In this document: positions 9,709 through 20,100 of the stretch, in pieces
Layout of the letters: each line of letters starts with the position of its first letter
Position numbering within the stretch: position 1 is the first letter of the stretch
Assembly (NCBI GenBank): GCA_045539625.1
Contig: JAZQFS010000064.1
Coordinates: forward strand, 4,891-68,890
From: Eubacteriales bacterium
GTDB lineage: Bacteria; Bacillota; Clostridia; Oscillospirales; CAG-382
Direction: 5' to 3'
Length of the DNA: 64,000 nt
Notes under the pieces: generated by a model
What the model was told of the DNA's origin: nothing
Databases searched by the model: none
The model's input: the letters and a program-made list of their open reading frames with translations, nothing else
Program-made: the position numbers and the translations under genes

Positions 9709-10656
9709 ATGCTTCTTACAGATTATTTCAGATACCCCAAGGACAACACATGGGATATAGCAAGGCTGTGCGGAGTTGAGCACGGTACAATCCGTCTTCC
9801 CGAGGACGGAAAATTTGACTATTGCGACATTTCACACTGGAAAAAGGTATACGATGACTTTTGCGACTTTGGCATAAAGCCCATCATTATAGAGCCTATG
9901 CCCAACGAGCTTCACGACCATATCAAGGCAGGGGACGAAAAGCGTGACGAGTGCATCGAAAAGGTAATAAAGATGCTGCCTGTTATGGACGAGCTTGATA
10001 TAAGAACAATCTGCTTTAACTGGATGGCTCACGTGGGCTGGTACAGGTCAAGCTCCACAATTCCCGAAAGGGGAGGAGCACTTGTAACGGGCTTTGATAT
10101 GTCGGAGTATGTACCGACAGAGCACGCAATAAGCGAAAACCGGCTTTGGGACAACTATGAGTATTTCATAAAGGCAGTGCTACCTACAGCGGAAAAATAC
10201 GGTATAAAGCTGGCACTTCACCCCGACGATCCGCCGAGAAATTTAGGCAATGTGTGCAGAATAATGACAAGCCTTGACAACATCAAAAAGGCTGTGTACG
10301 GCATTTGCCAAAGCGATGCTCTTGGCGTTACAATGTGTCAGGCAAATTTCCACATTATGGGCGAGGATTTGAACAAGGTTATCCCCCAGCTTGCCGAGAA
10401 AATTTTCTTTGTACATTTTCGCAACACAACGGGAAATATCGACAAATTCCGCGAAACCTTCCATGATAACGGCGATCTGCCCATGGCGCACCTTTTAAAG
10501 CTGTATGCCGACAACGGCGTTGATGTACCTGTGCGTGTTGACCACGTACCGACTATGCCTATGGAGCAAAGCGTAAATCAGGGCTATGATGCTCTGGGAA
10601 GATTTTTTGCAATAGGCTATCTAAAGGGGATAATTGAGGCTGTATGCGGTAAATAA
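9709..10656 (+). CDS. uxuA: Mannonate dehydratase
   Basis: ICFNWM, LALHPDDPP, VHFRN, FHDNGD, RVDHVP, GYLKG. Confidence 0.9.
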   Translation: MLLTDYFRYPKDNTWDIARLCGVEHGTIRLPEDGKFDYCDISHWKKVYDDFCDFGIKPIIIEPMPNELHDHIKAGDEKRDECIEKVIKMLPVMDELDIRTICFNWMAHVGWYRSSSTIPERGGALVTGFDMSEYVPTEHAISENRLWDNYEYFIKAVLPTAEKYGIKLALHPDDPPRNLGNVCRIMTSLDNIKKAVYGICQSDALGVTMCQANFHIMGEDLNKVIPQLAEKIFFVHFRNTTGNIDKFRETFHDNGDLPMAHLLKLYADNGVDVPVRVDHVPTMPMEQSVNQGYDALGRFFAIGYLKGIIEAVCGK

Positions 10657-10664
10657 CGATTTTT

Positions 10665-10697
10665 GCACGGACTGTTTTTTCGGTTCGTGCTTTTTTT
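10665..10697 (+). terminator. Intrinsic terminator
   Basis: GCACGGACT...GGTTCGTGC followed by T7. Confidence 0.7.
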
Positions 10698-10834
10698 GTG
10701 CCAATCTTGTGAAATACTGAGAACAATTTTTATATTTTTGTGTTAAAATTGGGCTTTTTTTGAAAAAAGGTATTGAAAGAGGTGAAAGAATTTGATATAA
10801 TTGTGTCAAATTTACACGGTAGAGGTGCAAAGCA

Positions 10835-11818
10835 ATGACAAAGGTTGAGCAGGATATCAAGGTTGTTACACGAAACCCCGATTCAGGGGTGTCGATCTGG
10901 GACGTTCAGGTGACGGAGGAAGAGCCGGGGACAAAAAACAATGTAGATCCCAAAATGGTGGAGCTGACAAAGCACCACAGAATGCATAATCACGTATTTA
11001 ATGAAATTGTGCTTGTTGTAAGAGGTGAAGCTAATATCGTATCCATGAATGACGGTATTTCAATCAAAGCGCCCTTTCTTGTTGTTTATCCCGCAGGCGT
11101 GCCTCACGTTCAGATTAACAGCTACGAGCACGGATATAAAAGATACCTTATCAACTGCTTTGACGAGTTTTTTGCAAGAAGCGGGCTTTCGGGCGAGGAA
11201 TACGATGCCATTGCCAACGAGCAGCAGGTTTACGCCATTCAGCTTGAAGAGTCGGAAAAGGAAATTCTTGAAGCCATCTGCAACCTTATAATGACCTTCG
11301 GTGAAGATGAGGTTGAAGCAAAGGAAGAAATGATTTCCATGTTCATACGCCGTGTGGCAAAGCTCAAGTGTAAGGAAAATCTCCTTCGTGAAAGCGATGT
11401 CACCAACTTCGGTAAACACTATTTCGGCTCGCTTTTAAAGTACATTGCCGATAACTGCGGCGAAAAGCTGTCACTGGGTGTGCTTGCTTCCACTTTCTAT
11501 GTCAGCCGTACAAAGCTTGCAACCGACTTTAACGAGGTTATGGGCATGAGTGTGGGTGAATACATATTAAAGGTAAGAATTGACAGGGCAAGAGTAAAGC
11601 TTGTTGACGGCAAGAGTATATCCGAGGTGGCATTTGGTTGCGGTTTTGCTTCCACAAGCTATTTTATACAAAGCTTCAAGAAAATTATGGACATTACCCC
11701 AAAACAGTTTATGGAGACTGTAAGGGCAAAAAAGGATTATGCCAACCTTACGTATCAGAAGACGGAGTTTGATGACTATGTAAGCTTTAATCCAAAAAAA
11801 TACAGAGAAAAGCTATAA
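10835..11818 (+). CDS. AraC-family regulator
   Basis: Cupin H.H motif and double HTH. Paralog of 16195..17142. Confidence 0.9.
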   Translation: MTKVEQDIKVVTRNPDSGVSIWDVQVTEEEPGTKNNVDPKMVELTKHHRMHNHVFNEIVLVVRGEANIVSMNDGISIKAPFLVVYPAGVPHVQINSYEHGYKRYLINCFDEFFARSGLSGEEYDAIANEQQVYAIQLEESEKEILEAICNLIMTFGEDEVEAKEEMISMFIRRVAKLKCKENLLRESDVTNFGKHYFGSLLKYIADNCGEKLSLGVLASTFYVSRTKLATDFNEVMGMSVGEYILKVRIDRARVKLVDGKSISEVAFGCGFASTSYFIQSFKKIMDITPKQFMETVRAKKDYANLTYQKTEFDDYVSFNPKKYREKL

Positions 11819-12125
11819 AATGTTAACATTATCCGCTGAAATGTACTTGAGTTGTTTTTTTGCGTTCATAAAACGGTCGATTTAGAGATTTTTTATCGGT
11901 TTTTGTACTCATTGCACAATGATAGGCACGTTTTCTTAGCATAAACGAACAAAAGAGCGAAAATTGTCCTTTTATACAGTCCTCTAATGTGGTACGATTG
12001 TTATATTTTTATCTCAATGTATTTACGCTTTTTTCTTGATATACACGGCGAATGCGTATATAATTAAAACGGATAGAGAGCTGAAACGGCCTCAATCAAA
12101 AACCGAAAAAAACGGAGGGTTATTT

Positions 12126-15100
12126 ATGAAACAATTATTTAAAATGTTAACCGCATTGACACTAAGCTTTATGCTTGTGTTCACATCTCTTGCGGCACCC
12201 CTTATGGTGGGTACTGTTGAGAGCGTGAGCGAAGAAGTTGGAGCTTTGGCAAACGACTCTGCCGATCTTGCGGCGGATGAAAGCAACTTGACACCCGGTT
12301 ACAATATTCTTACCGGTACAAAGGAAGCGCTTGACTTTGACGGCGCAAAATATGACGGTATTACATCAAGCGACGGAACTCTTAAAGATAAGAACGGAGC
12401 TACCGTTTTGACGTATAGTACAGGCTACTCAAAGACAGTATCGGTTGTTGCTTCGCCTGTTAGCGGTGAAACTGATAATAAAGCACTCAAAATCAGCGAC
12501 TACGGCAATTTCATTGGCGATACTTCTCCGCAAACAAGTTATCCTACTTTAATGTTCGGAAATTACGAACCTCCCGAAGACGGAAGACCGATATTTGTTG
12601 GTTTCAAATCGGTTGTTACAAATGCTGATTATCTTTACCGTAATTCTGCCGGTAAAATTGCCAGTAGTACGATTGGAGTAAGATTTAAACATAGCTCTGG
12701 CTATAGTTCAAAAGGCTATTGTGCGATGAATGCGTATAATGCATCTGAAACTCCTTCAGCATGGTCTTATATTTTCGATACAGATAACAGCGAGTCACGT
12801 ACAAGACTTACTGAATTGTATATGACAGCGAAAATTCCAAGTGATTTGTTAAATAATAAGGAACTTATAGACCAGAGCAAAGAACCCAATCATTATATTG
12901 ATGACATTGTAATGATACCTTACTACAAGGTAACCTATATGAACGGCGATACAGAGCTTGGCAGTGCATATGTTCTTGATGACGGTGCGGGCAACCTTCT
13001 CACAAGCTTTGACCCGTCAGACTACGACGGCGACGACATCACTTTCCCCGAAGGAACAAATGCGTGGTCTCTTGAAAAGGGCGGTAAGCCTACTCATAAC
13101 ATCACCCTTAACAACGAAGATATAGTTGTTTATGCGGTACATGAAAGAAACTTCACACCCGGCTATAACCTTCTTACAGGTACAAAGGATGCTTTGACAT
13201 TTGATGAAGCTCCTTTTACAGGAATGAATATAAGTGGTACTGATTTCATTGATGATGACGGGAATGTGTTAAATACCTCCCTTGGTTATGCTACCGAAAT
13301 GAGTGTTGAAGCTCCTGCTACTGACAGCAGCAACAAGGCGTTGAGAATAACAAATCTTACGGGCAGTTCATCTTATCCTTATTTGGTTTTCAACGACGTG
13401 AAAGTACCCGATGACGGCAGACCAATATTCACAAGTGCCAAGGGTATGGTTACTGATATTGATGAATGCAGTACTGCTTCGAATGCACACGGATTAAGAA
13501 TAAACCCTAACGGAAGTATTTCGGGAAGCGGTGCCATTGCCGGCGTTTTGGCAATGAACGCCTACAAGAGTGCAGAAACAACAAACAGACAATTTAAACA
13601 GCGTTGGGTAATGGATCAAACACAGGGACGCACAAAGGTCGGCGTATTTATGTTTACCGTTTCCAAGGGTACTACAAATATAGGTGACATCACAGGTATT
13701 AAGCCCAGTGTATGGCTTGATGACATACTGTATGTTCCTTACTACAAGGTAACCTATATGAACGGCGACCAGCAGATTGGTGAGCCTGTTTGGGTACTTG
13801 ATGACGGCAATGGTAACATTCTTGAAAGCTTTGACCCGTCAGACTACGACGGCGACGACATCACTTTCCCCGAAGGAACAAATGCATGGTCTCTCACTCC
13901 GGGCGGTAAGCCTACTCATAACATCACCCTTAACAACGAAGATATAGTTGTTTATGCGGTACATGAAAGCAACTTTACACCCGGCTACAATATTCTTACC
14001 GGTACAGAGGAAGCGCTTAACTTTAACTCTGTTGCGGCAGGTACTGAACTGACACAAGAGGGCAGTCAGTATTATCTTAAGGATGCATCGGGAAGCAAAG
14101 TAATGTCTGCAACGTACGCTTCTTCTATAGTTGCGTCTCCCGTTCCAACATCTGACGGAAATGTTCTTAAAATGACCGCGACGTGTAAAGCCGACGGAAA
14201 GCTTTATCCTCAATTGCGATTTAATTCACACGAGTCTCCTGATGATGTAAGACCTGTGTTTATAAGCTATGATATGATTATTCAGTCGGATAACTGGAGT
14301 GGAGACAAATCCAACTGGATAATGCATGAAGGAAATGTTAAAGCAGCTTCAAATCCTATAGACAAAGTTTACGGGACTTCAGAGACTCCTGCATGGCAAC
14401 ACACCGCATTTATGGATAAGGACGCAGGAACAAAGGGACTTGCATACCTTCAGACTGTAACAGCGGAAGGCACTGACAATGAGTGTTATTATTACTATGA
14501 TAACATTATGTATGTTCCTTACTACAAGGTAACCTATATGAACGGCACAACTGAGCTTGGCAGTGCTTATGTCCTTGATGACGGCAATGGCAACATTCTC
14601 AGTAGCTTTAATCCTGCAGATTACGATGAAGGTATCGTATTCCCCGTAGGCGTAAATTCGTGGTCTCTCACTCCGGGCGGTGAGGTTGTTACAGATATTC
14701 CTCTCCGGAACGAAGATATCGTTGTATACGGAACATTTGAAGTAAAGAATACTGACAAAACGGTTTATGCAATAGAATACGACGACAACTTTGATACAAC
14801 AGATACTGCGAGCTACTTGTATACAAGACTTGGCTACGACGCTGTAGTTGACGGCAAACTTGTTGCTGTAAGTAATTTAGTAGAGAGCAAAAACGACGGA
14901 ATTTTGCATTATAATCACCTTAATCTTCTTGCATCAGCAGTGCAGAAGATTGAAGTCAGGGCTAAGTTTACTGATGCCGGTGAAGTTCAGTATGAAGAAG
15001 ACGGAACTACTATAATCAAAGATGCAAGTTATGTTGGCACGACTCCCCTTACTGCTGATCAATTGAAGAGCGAATATGTTCAAATCTATTATAAGCTTGA

Positions 15101-15866
15101 TGATGAAGAATATGACAATTATCATGCGGATAGATGTATGACGATTAATTTCTTAGCTCTTGAAGCGGATGATGATGGATACTATACATTTGTGTTCGAT
15201 ACGGCTGCCCGTAGTGACTGGGCAGGTACTGTTGAAAAAATTCGTTTTGACCTTCCCGGCATACGTAATACGGCAACAATCGACTACATCAGATTCTACG
15301 GTTCGGAAGGCGATGATTTTGTTCCCACAGCGTCAGCTCCCGAAAAGAGAGAGGGCAACTCCATCAAGTTCGATGAAGAGCTTAACAAGACAGGTATCAG
15401 ATACAGAGCCGCTATGAATAACGATGTAAAGGCTAACACAAACCTTACACAGTACGGCTGGATTGTTGCACTTGCCGAAACGCTTGGCGGTAACGAGCTT
15501 ACCCATCAGTTCAAGCTTGCCGACGGTAAGACAGCATATGTTGAAGGTATAGCTTACGGCACGTTGTCAGACGGCACCAAGGTTAACCGTGTTTACGAAA
15601 TGGAAGAAGAGACACAACATACAATCTTTACGGCAGTTGTTGTAGGTATTCCTACAGACAAGGCTGGTATGGAGCTTGTTATTCGTCCTTATTCCATCAT
15701 TAACGGTGCATATGCCTACGGCAACAGCATAATCACAAGCCCCGCAGATGTTGCTGAAAAGCTTTATCAGAAGTGGCTGACTGAAAGCGGCGATGAGACG
15801 GATACTTCTTATGATTACGTTAACCACAAGGAATTTATCGACACACTTCGCGGTGCAAACGCATAA
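12126..15866 (+). CDS. Large secreted modular protein B (signal peptide, 3 cassette repeats, RLD-type domain, conserved C-terminal domain)
   Basis: GGAGG RBS before ATG 12126. Signal peptide ending AAPLMVGTV, as in protein A. Three PYYKVTYMNG repeats. Confidence 0.85.
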   Translation: MKQLFKMLTALTLSFMLVFTSLAAPLMVGTVESVSEEVGALANDSADLAADESNLTPGYNILTGTKEALDFDGAKYDGITSSDGTLKDKNGATVLTYSTGYSKTVSVVASPVSGETDNKALKISDYGNFIGDTSPQTSYPTLMFGNYEPPEDGRPIFVGFKSVVTNADYLYRNSAGKIASSTIGVRFKHSSGYSSKGYCAMNAYNASETPSAWSYIFDTDNSESRTRLTELYMTAKIPSDLLNNKELIDQSKEPNHYIDDIVMIPYYKVTYMNGDTELGSAYVLDDGAGNLLTSFDPSDYDGDDITFPEGTNAWSLEKGGKPTHNITLNNEDIVVYAVHERNFTPGYNLLTGTKDALTFDEAPFTGMNISGTDFIDDDGNVLNTSLGYATEMSVEAPATDSSNKALRITNLTGSSSYPYLVFNDVKVPDDGRPIFTSAKGMVTDIDECSTASNAHGLRINPNGSISGSGAIAGVLAMNAYKSAETTNRQFKQRWVMDQTQGRTKVGVFMFTVSKGTTNIGDITGIKPSVWLDDILYVPYYKVTYMNGDQQIGEPVWVLDDGNGNILESFDPSDYDGDDITFPEGTNAWSLTPGGKPTHNITLNNEDIVVYAVHESNFTPGYNILTGTEEALNFNSVAAGTELTQEGSQYYLKDASGSKVMSATYASSIVASPVPTSDGNVLKMTATCKADGKLYPQLRFNSHESPDDVRPVFISYDMIIQSDNWSGDKSNWIMHEGNVKAASNPIDKVYGTSETPAWQHTAFMDKDAGTKGLAYLQTVTAEGTDNECYYYYDNIMYVPYYKVTYMNGTTELGSAYVLDDGNGNILSSFNPADYDEGIVFPVGVNSWSLTPGGEVVTDIPLRNEDIVVYGTFEVKNTDKTVYAIEYDDNFDTTDTASYLYTRLGYDAVVDGKLVAVSNLVESKNDGILHYNHLNLLASAVQKIEVRAKFTDAGEVQYEEDGTTIIKDASYVGTTPLTADQLKSEYVQIYYKLDDEEYDNYHADRCMTINFLALEADDDGYYTFVFDTAARSDWAGTVEKIRFDLPGIRNTATIDYIRFYGSEGDDFVPTASAPEKREGNSIKFDEELNKTGIRYRAAMNNDVKANTNLTQYGWIVALAETLGGNELTHQFKLADGKTAYVEGIAYGTLSDGTKVNRVYEMEEETQHTIFTAVVVGIPTDKAGMELVIRPYSIINGAYAYGNSIITSPADVAEKLYQKWLTESGDETDTSYDYVNHKEFIDTLRGANA

Positions 15867-15884
15867 TATCGGGAGGAAATATAA

Positions 15885-16001
15885 ATGAAAAAGAAATATA
15901 CAGCTCCCGAAATCACAACAACGGCACTTACAAACGCTGACATTTTAAACGGAAGCGATGTGCTTATAGACGGTTCGTCACTTTTTGATGACGCACAGTA
16001 A
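15885..16001 (+). CDS. 38-aa small protein MKKKYTAPEITTTALTNADILNGSDVLIDGSSLFDDAQ
   Basis: GGGAGG RBS 8 nt before ATG, directly after protein B. Below the ORF-track cutoff. Confidence 0.7.
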   Translation: MKKKYTAPEITTTALTNADILNGSDVLIDGSSLFDDAQ

Positions 16002-16194
16002 CTAATACAGCTTTCTTTTCGCCGATTCTGTCTTATGTGACGGTTTACTCTCCTTTTATCCGCCAAGCTTTCGACAGCAGATTCGGCTTTAAAGAATACA
16101 GGGGGAGAAATACTGAAAAACGTACTTCTTCCCCAAACCTATAGTATGAAACATTTTTGGTTTTGCTTTTTTATGAAGGTGTGGGTGATGATGA

Positions 16195-17142
16195 ATGATT
16201 GCTCTTGACAGCAAGGGGGTAAGATACGCTTCTTTTCCTGATATTTCACTGTCATATTCTGATATGTCAAGAACAGCACCCAATATGGCACGTTCTTATG
16301 CCTTTGACCCAAGACTTCATTCCCACACATATGTTGAAGTGCTTGTTGTAGTAAAAGGAAAAAGCAAAATTGCGTCGGTTGCGCAAGGACTTACAGTGAA
16401 GGCACCTTATATCGTTGTTTATCCTGCAGGTGTTCCCCACATACAGATAAATCATATGGTAGAGGGCTATGAAAGATGCCTGCTTGCCTGCTACGGCGAT
16501 ATCCTTGAAAGAAACGGCTGCAGTCATTTGCTGGATAATACGGGAGTGTACGCTTTTGGCGTGGACGAACATTCGGCAAAGGTTTTTGTATCCCTTTTCC
16601 AGCTTATTCTTGCTATGGAAAACGAACATGGCAAAGATTTGGACTGTATGTTTGACAGAATGTTTGCTTTGCTCTCAAAAATGAGTACAAATGCGGTGCG
16701 TATTTATGAGAGCGGCGAGCCCATTTACGAAAAAGCCTATATGTCCTCATTGCTGTCGTACATTGTTGAGCATTATAATGAGAAGCTGTCGCTGACAAGC
16801 CTTGCCGAACAGTTTTATGTCAGCAGAACAAAGCTTGCACGAGACTTCCAGAAAATAATGAAAATGTCCGTTGGCGAGTACATTCTGGGTGTACGCATGA
16901 GAAAGGCTCAGGAAAAGCTGATAAAGGGAATGTCAATAGCGGATACGGCAAAGAAATGCGGATTTGTATCATCAAGCTACTTTGTAAAGATGTTCAAAAA
17001 ATACTATAACAAAACACCGCTTCATTTTGTAAAACAGGGTGTAAAAAATCTTCCCAACTTTACTTTTATGCTTAATGAGGCACTTTTGGATTCGGAATCA
17101 ATAAAACTCAGAAATGAAATAAATATGGAGGAAAACACATGA
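16195..17142 (+). CDS. AraC-family regulator
   Basis: Cupin and double HTH. Stop overlaps the start of the next gene (ATGA). Confidence 0.9.
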   Translation: MIALDSKGVRYASFPDISLSYSDMSRTAPNMARSYAFDPRLHSHTYVEVLVVVKGKSKIASVAQGLTVKAPYIVVYPAGVPHIQINHMVEGYERCLLACYGDILERNGCSHLLDNTGVYAFGVDEHSAKVFVSLFQLILAMENEHGKDLDCMFDRMFALLSKMSTNAVRIYESGEPIYEKAYMSSLLSYIVEHYNEKLSLTSLAEQFYVSRTKLARDFQKIMKMSVGEYILGVRMRKAQEKLIKGMSIADTAKKCGFVSSSYFVKMFKKYYNKTPLHFVKQGVKNLPNFTFMLNEALLDSESIKLRNEINMEENT

Positions 17143-20100
17143 AAAAATTCTTACTTGGCACTTTTGCTACCGCAACACTTGCATTGTCCTTGAATGTGGG
17201 TGCTTCTTCGGCATTTGCAAAAGTAAACAACTATGCCGATACCTCCTTTACAGACGTAAAGGAAACGGCTTGGTATGCATCTGAAATTCAGAGCGCATAT
17301 GAGCTTGGCTTTATGAACGGCACAAGCGATACACTTATGTCTCCCGACGGTACGGTAACCGTTGCGCAGGCTGTGACAATCGCTTCCCGTGCAAACGCTG
17401 TTTATAACGGCAGAAGCGGCGAGCTTGAAAAGACGACAGGCACAAAATGGTATGATGTTTATCTTGACTATGCAGAAAAGTACGGCATCATAGATAAGGC
17501 TGATTATAACAGCTTTGACAGAGCGGCAAGAAGATATGAGGTGGCTCTCATGTTTGCCAACGCTCTTCCCGAAAGCCACTATACGGCAAAGAATAACGTA
17601 ACAAGTATTCCCGACGTTTATCCCGAAGACGATTTTTACGATGAAATCCTTATGCTCTATAAGGCAGGCGTTGTAATGGGAAGCGACAATTACGGTACAT
17701 TCTTCCCCAACAATTCCATCAAGAGAAGTGAAATAGCTGCCATTATCAACAGAGCAGCCCTTCCCGAAGGAAGAAAGTCCGGTACTCTTAAGGAGTATAC
17801 CGCAGACAGAATGGATCAGGCTGTGCTTCTTATTGATGACCTTACCGCTATTACACACGGCCGTAAGGACGACCTGGGCGGAACTGACCTTAACCACGCA
17901 TGGAATGTTGATGACAGAGGAAATCCCACCCTCAATAAGAATGCAAACCAAACCGGATCTTTCTCCGATATGAAGGACGATGCACTTGTTGCAGTACGCC
18001 GCTATATTACACCTGTAACAGACCAGCACGTTGTTCTTGAAACAAGAATTTCCCTTTCTGACGCAGGCGATGGCTTTTCCGTTTACCTTTCAAGCCCCGA
18101 TAAAAAGCCTGTTGTAGGCTTTGTTTCCGAGAACGGCTACTGGGGTGTTCTGGGTAAGACAAACACAATGTCAAAGATAGCTTATGCAGACGGTATCAAT
18201 GACTTTAAGCTTGATATGGACCTTGCAGGAAAGTCGGCAACTCTCTTTGTTAACGGTGAGCTTGCCGCAACAGGCGAAATCGGCGACTTTGACTGCCTTA
18301 ACGAGATTAGCTTCTCAACAAGCGATGAAGGCAAGATGTCCTTCGGCTTTGTAACAACACGTCTTTATATGAACTATAATCTGTTTGACTCCTTCCGCTG
18401 GGAAGCATTTGAAAAAGCACCCTACGGCTATAAGACAGAGGGCAATGTTCTTGTAAAGACCAAGACAACAGGCGACTTTGACTCTCAGTCTGTTATGATG
18501 AACGGTGCTTCTTCTGCTTCCAAGAGCTTTGAAGCAATAAAGAACGGCTTTGTTGTTGAAGCCTATGTTCTTCCCGTAAGCGATACAAATAAGGCAAGCG
18601 TTGAGCTTAAGAATGGCACTGAAACCGTTGTTAAGATTGATATGGAAAACGGCGTATACTCCATCGGTGGCAAAAAGGTATGGCAGTACCACGGCGATAT
18701 CTGGCAGATTGTCAGGGTTGAAAAGAGCTCCGACGGCAAGACTGTTGTAAGGCTTTGCGGTAAGGACGTATACGAATTTGACTATAACGGCGCAGTAGAC
18801 AGCATCACAATCACAAACGAAGGCAAAGAGCTTTGGTTTGACGATGTAAAGGCATATAATACATACGACTTTGTTGACTATGTATCACAGCCTGTAGCCG
18901 TTAATGAAATGGACGACTACATCCTCACCATGAGCGTATGCTCACTGTGGCATGAGGGTACCCACTACGGCTGGGACTTTGTAGCTCCCTACGATGAGCT
19001 TATTCCCATAATGGGCTTCTATGATGAAGGTCTCGTAGAGACAGCCGACTGGGAAATCAAGTACATGGTTGAACACGGTATCGATGCATTCCAGCCTTGC
19101 TGGTACGCAGGTACAAGCTCCACCGATAACCCCATGAAGATTGCAAGAAATAATCAGTATGCTATCCATGACGGTTACTTCAATGCAAAGTATAAGGATA
19201 TGCTTGATATCTGTATCATGTGGGAAAACCAGGGCTTTACATCAGGTCTTACAAAGGAAAAGTTCCAAAAGCTTCTCTGGAACTACTGGGTAGACTACTA
19301 CTTTACAGATCCTAACTATCTGACAATTGATAACAAGGCGTTCCTTACCATTTACAGAATGGACGTGTTCCTCAGCTGCTTTACTTCCGGTGAAGAAGCA
19401 ATGGAAGTTCTCAACTTCATGAGAGAAGACATTAAGAACTACGGCTACGATGATATTATCATCACATTTAACTGCTACAGCGATAATGCTAACAAATATG
19501 ACACTACAGCAAAGAATGCAGGTCTTAAGTTTGACGGCTATGTTCCTTATCACTGGGGTATAAACGCTCACGATCCCGAATTTGTTAAGAATCAGCACAA
19601 CGTAGGCTATAAGGGCGAGGGCGATAACTTTATTGTTCCCTGTGCTTCCACAGGCAGAAACATCATCGGTTGGGAACAGACAAGAAGTCCCATCGCAACA
19701 CACGAACAGCACGTAGAAGTTCTTGAATTTATCAAGAATGACTACCTCAAGAGAGCAGAAGCAGACTTCGGTGCAGACTCATGGCAGTCAAAGCTTGTAT
19801 TCTTCGGTACATGGAACGAATACGCAGAAGGTCACTGGCTTGCACCCACAGGACGTAACGGCAACGGTCCTTATTTCGATTATTCTTCCGCTTGGGCAAA
19901 TGTATTTACAGGCGTAGATACTTCTGTTTATGACATTGAGCCTACAGCAGGTCAGAAAGCAAGAATTGCTTATATGTATCCCGCAGTTGACGTGCCGATA
20001 AGAGCATGGCTCTTAGAGAGCGACGGCGAGGAAGCTCCCACAGAGGAAGAAATCCCCACAACCGTTGTTGCAAAGGTTGACTTTACAAACGAAGAACATC

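Noticed and set aside
15885-16001. Lasso peptide or other RiPP cluster
   Set aside because: A YxxP motif is present, but no RRE, cyclase, leader peptidase, radical-SAM or exporter gene is nearby.
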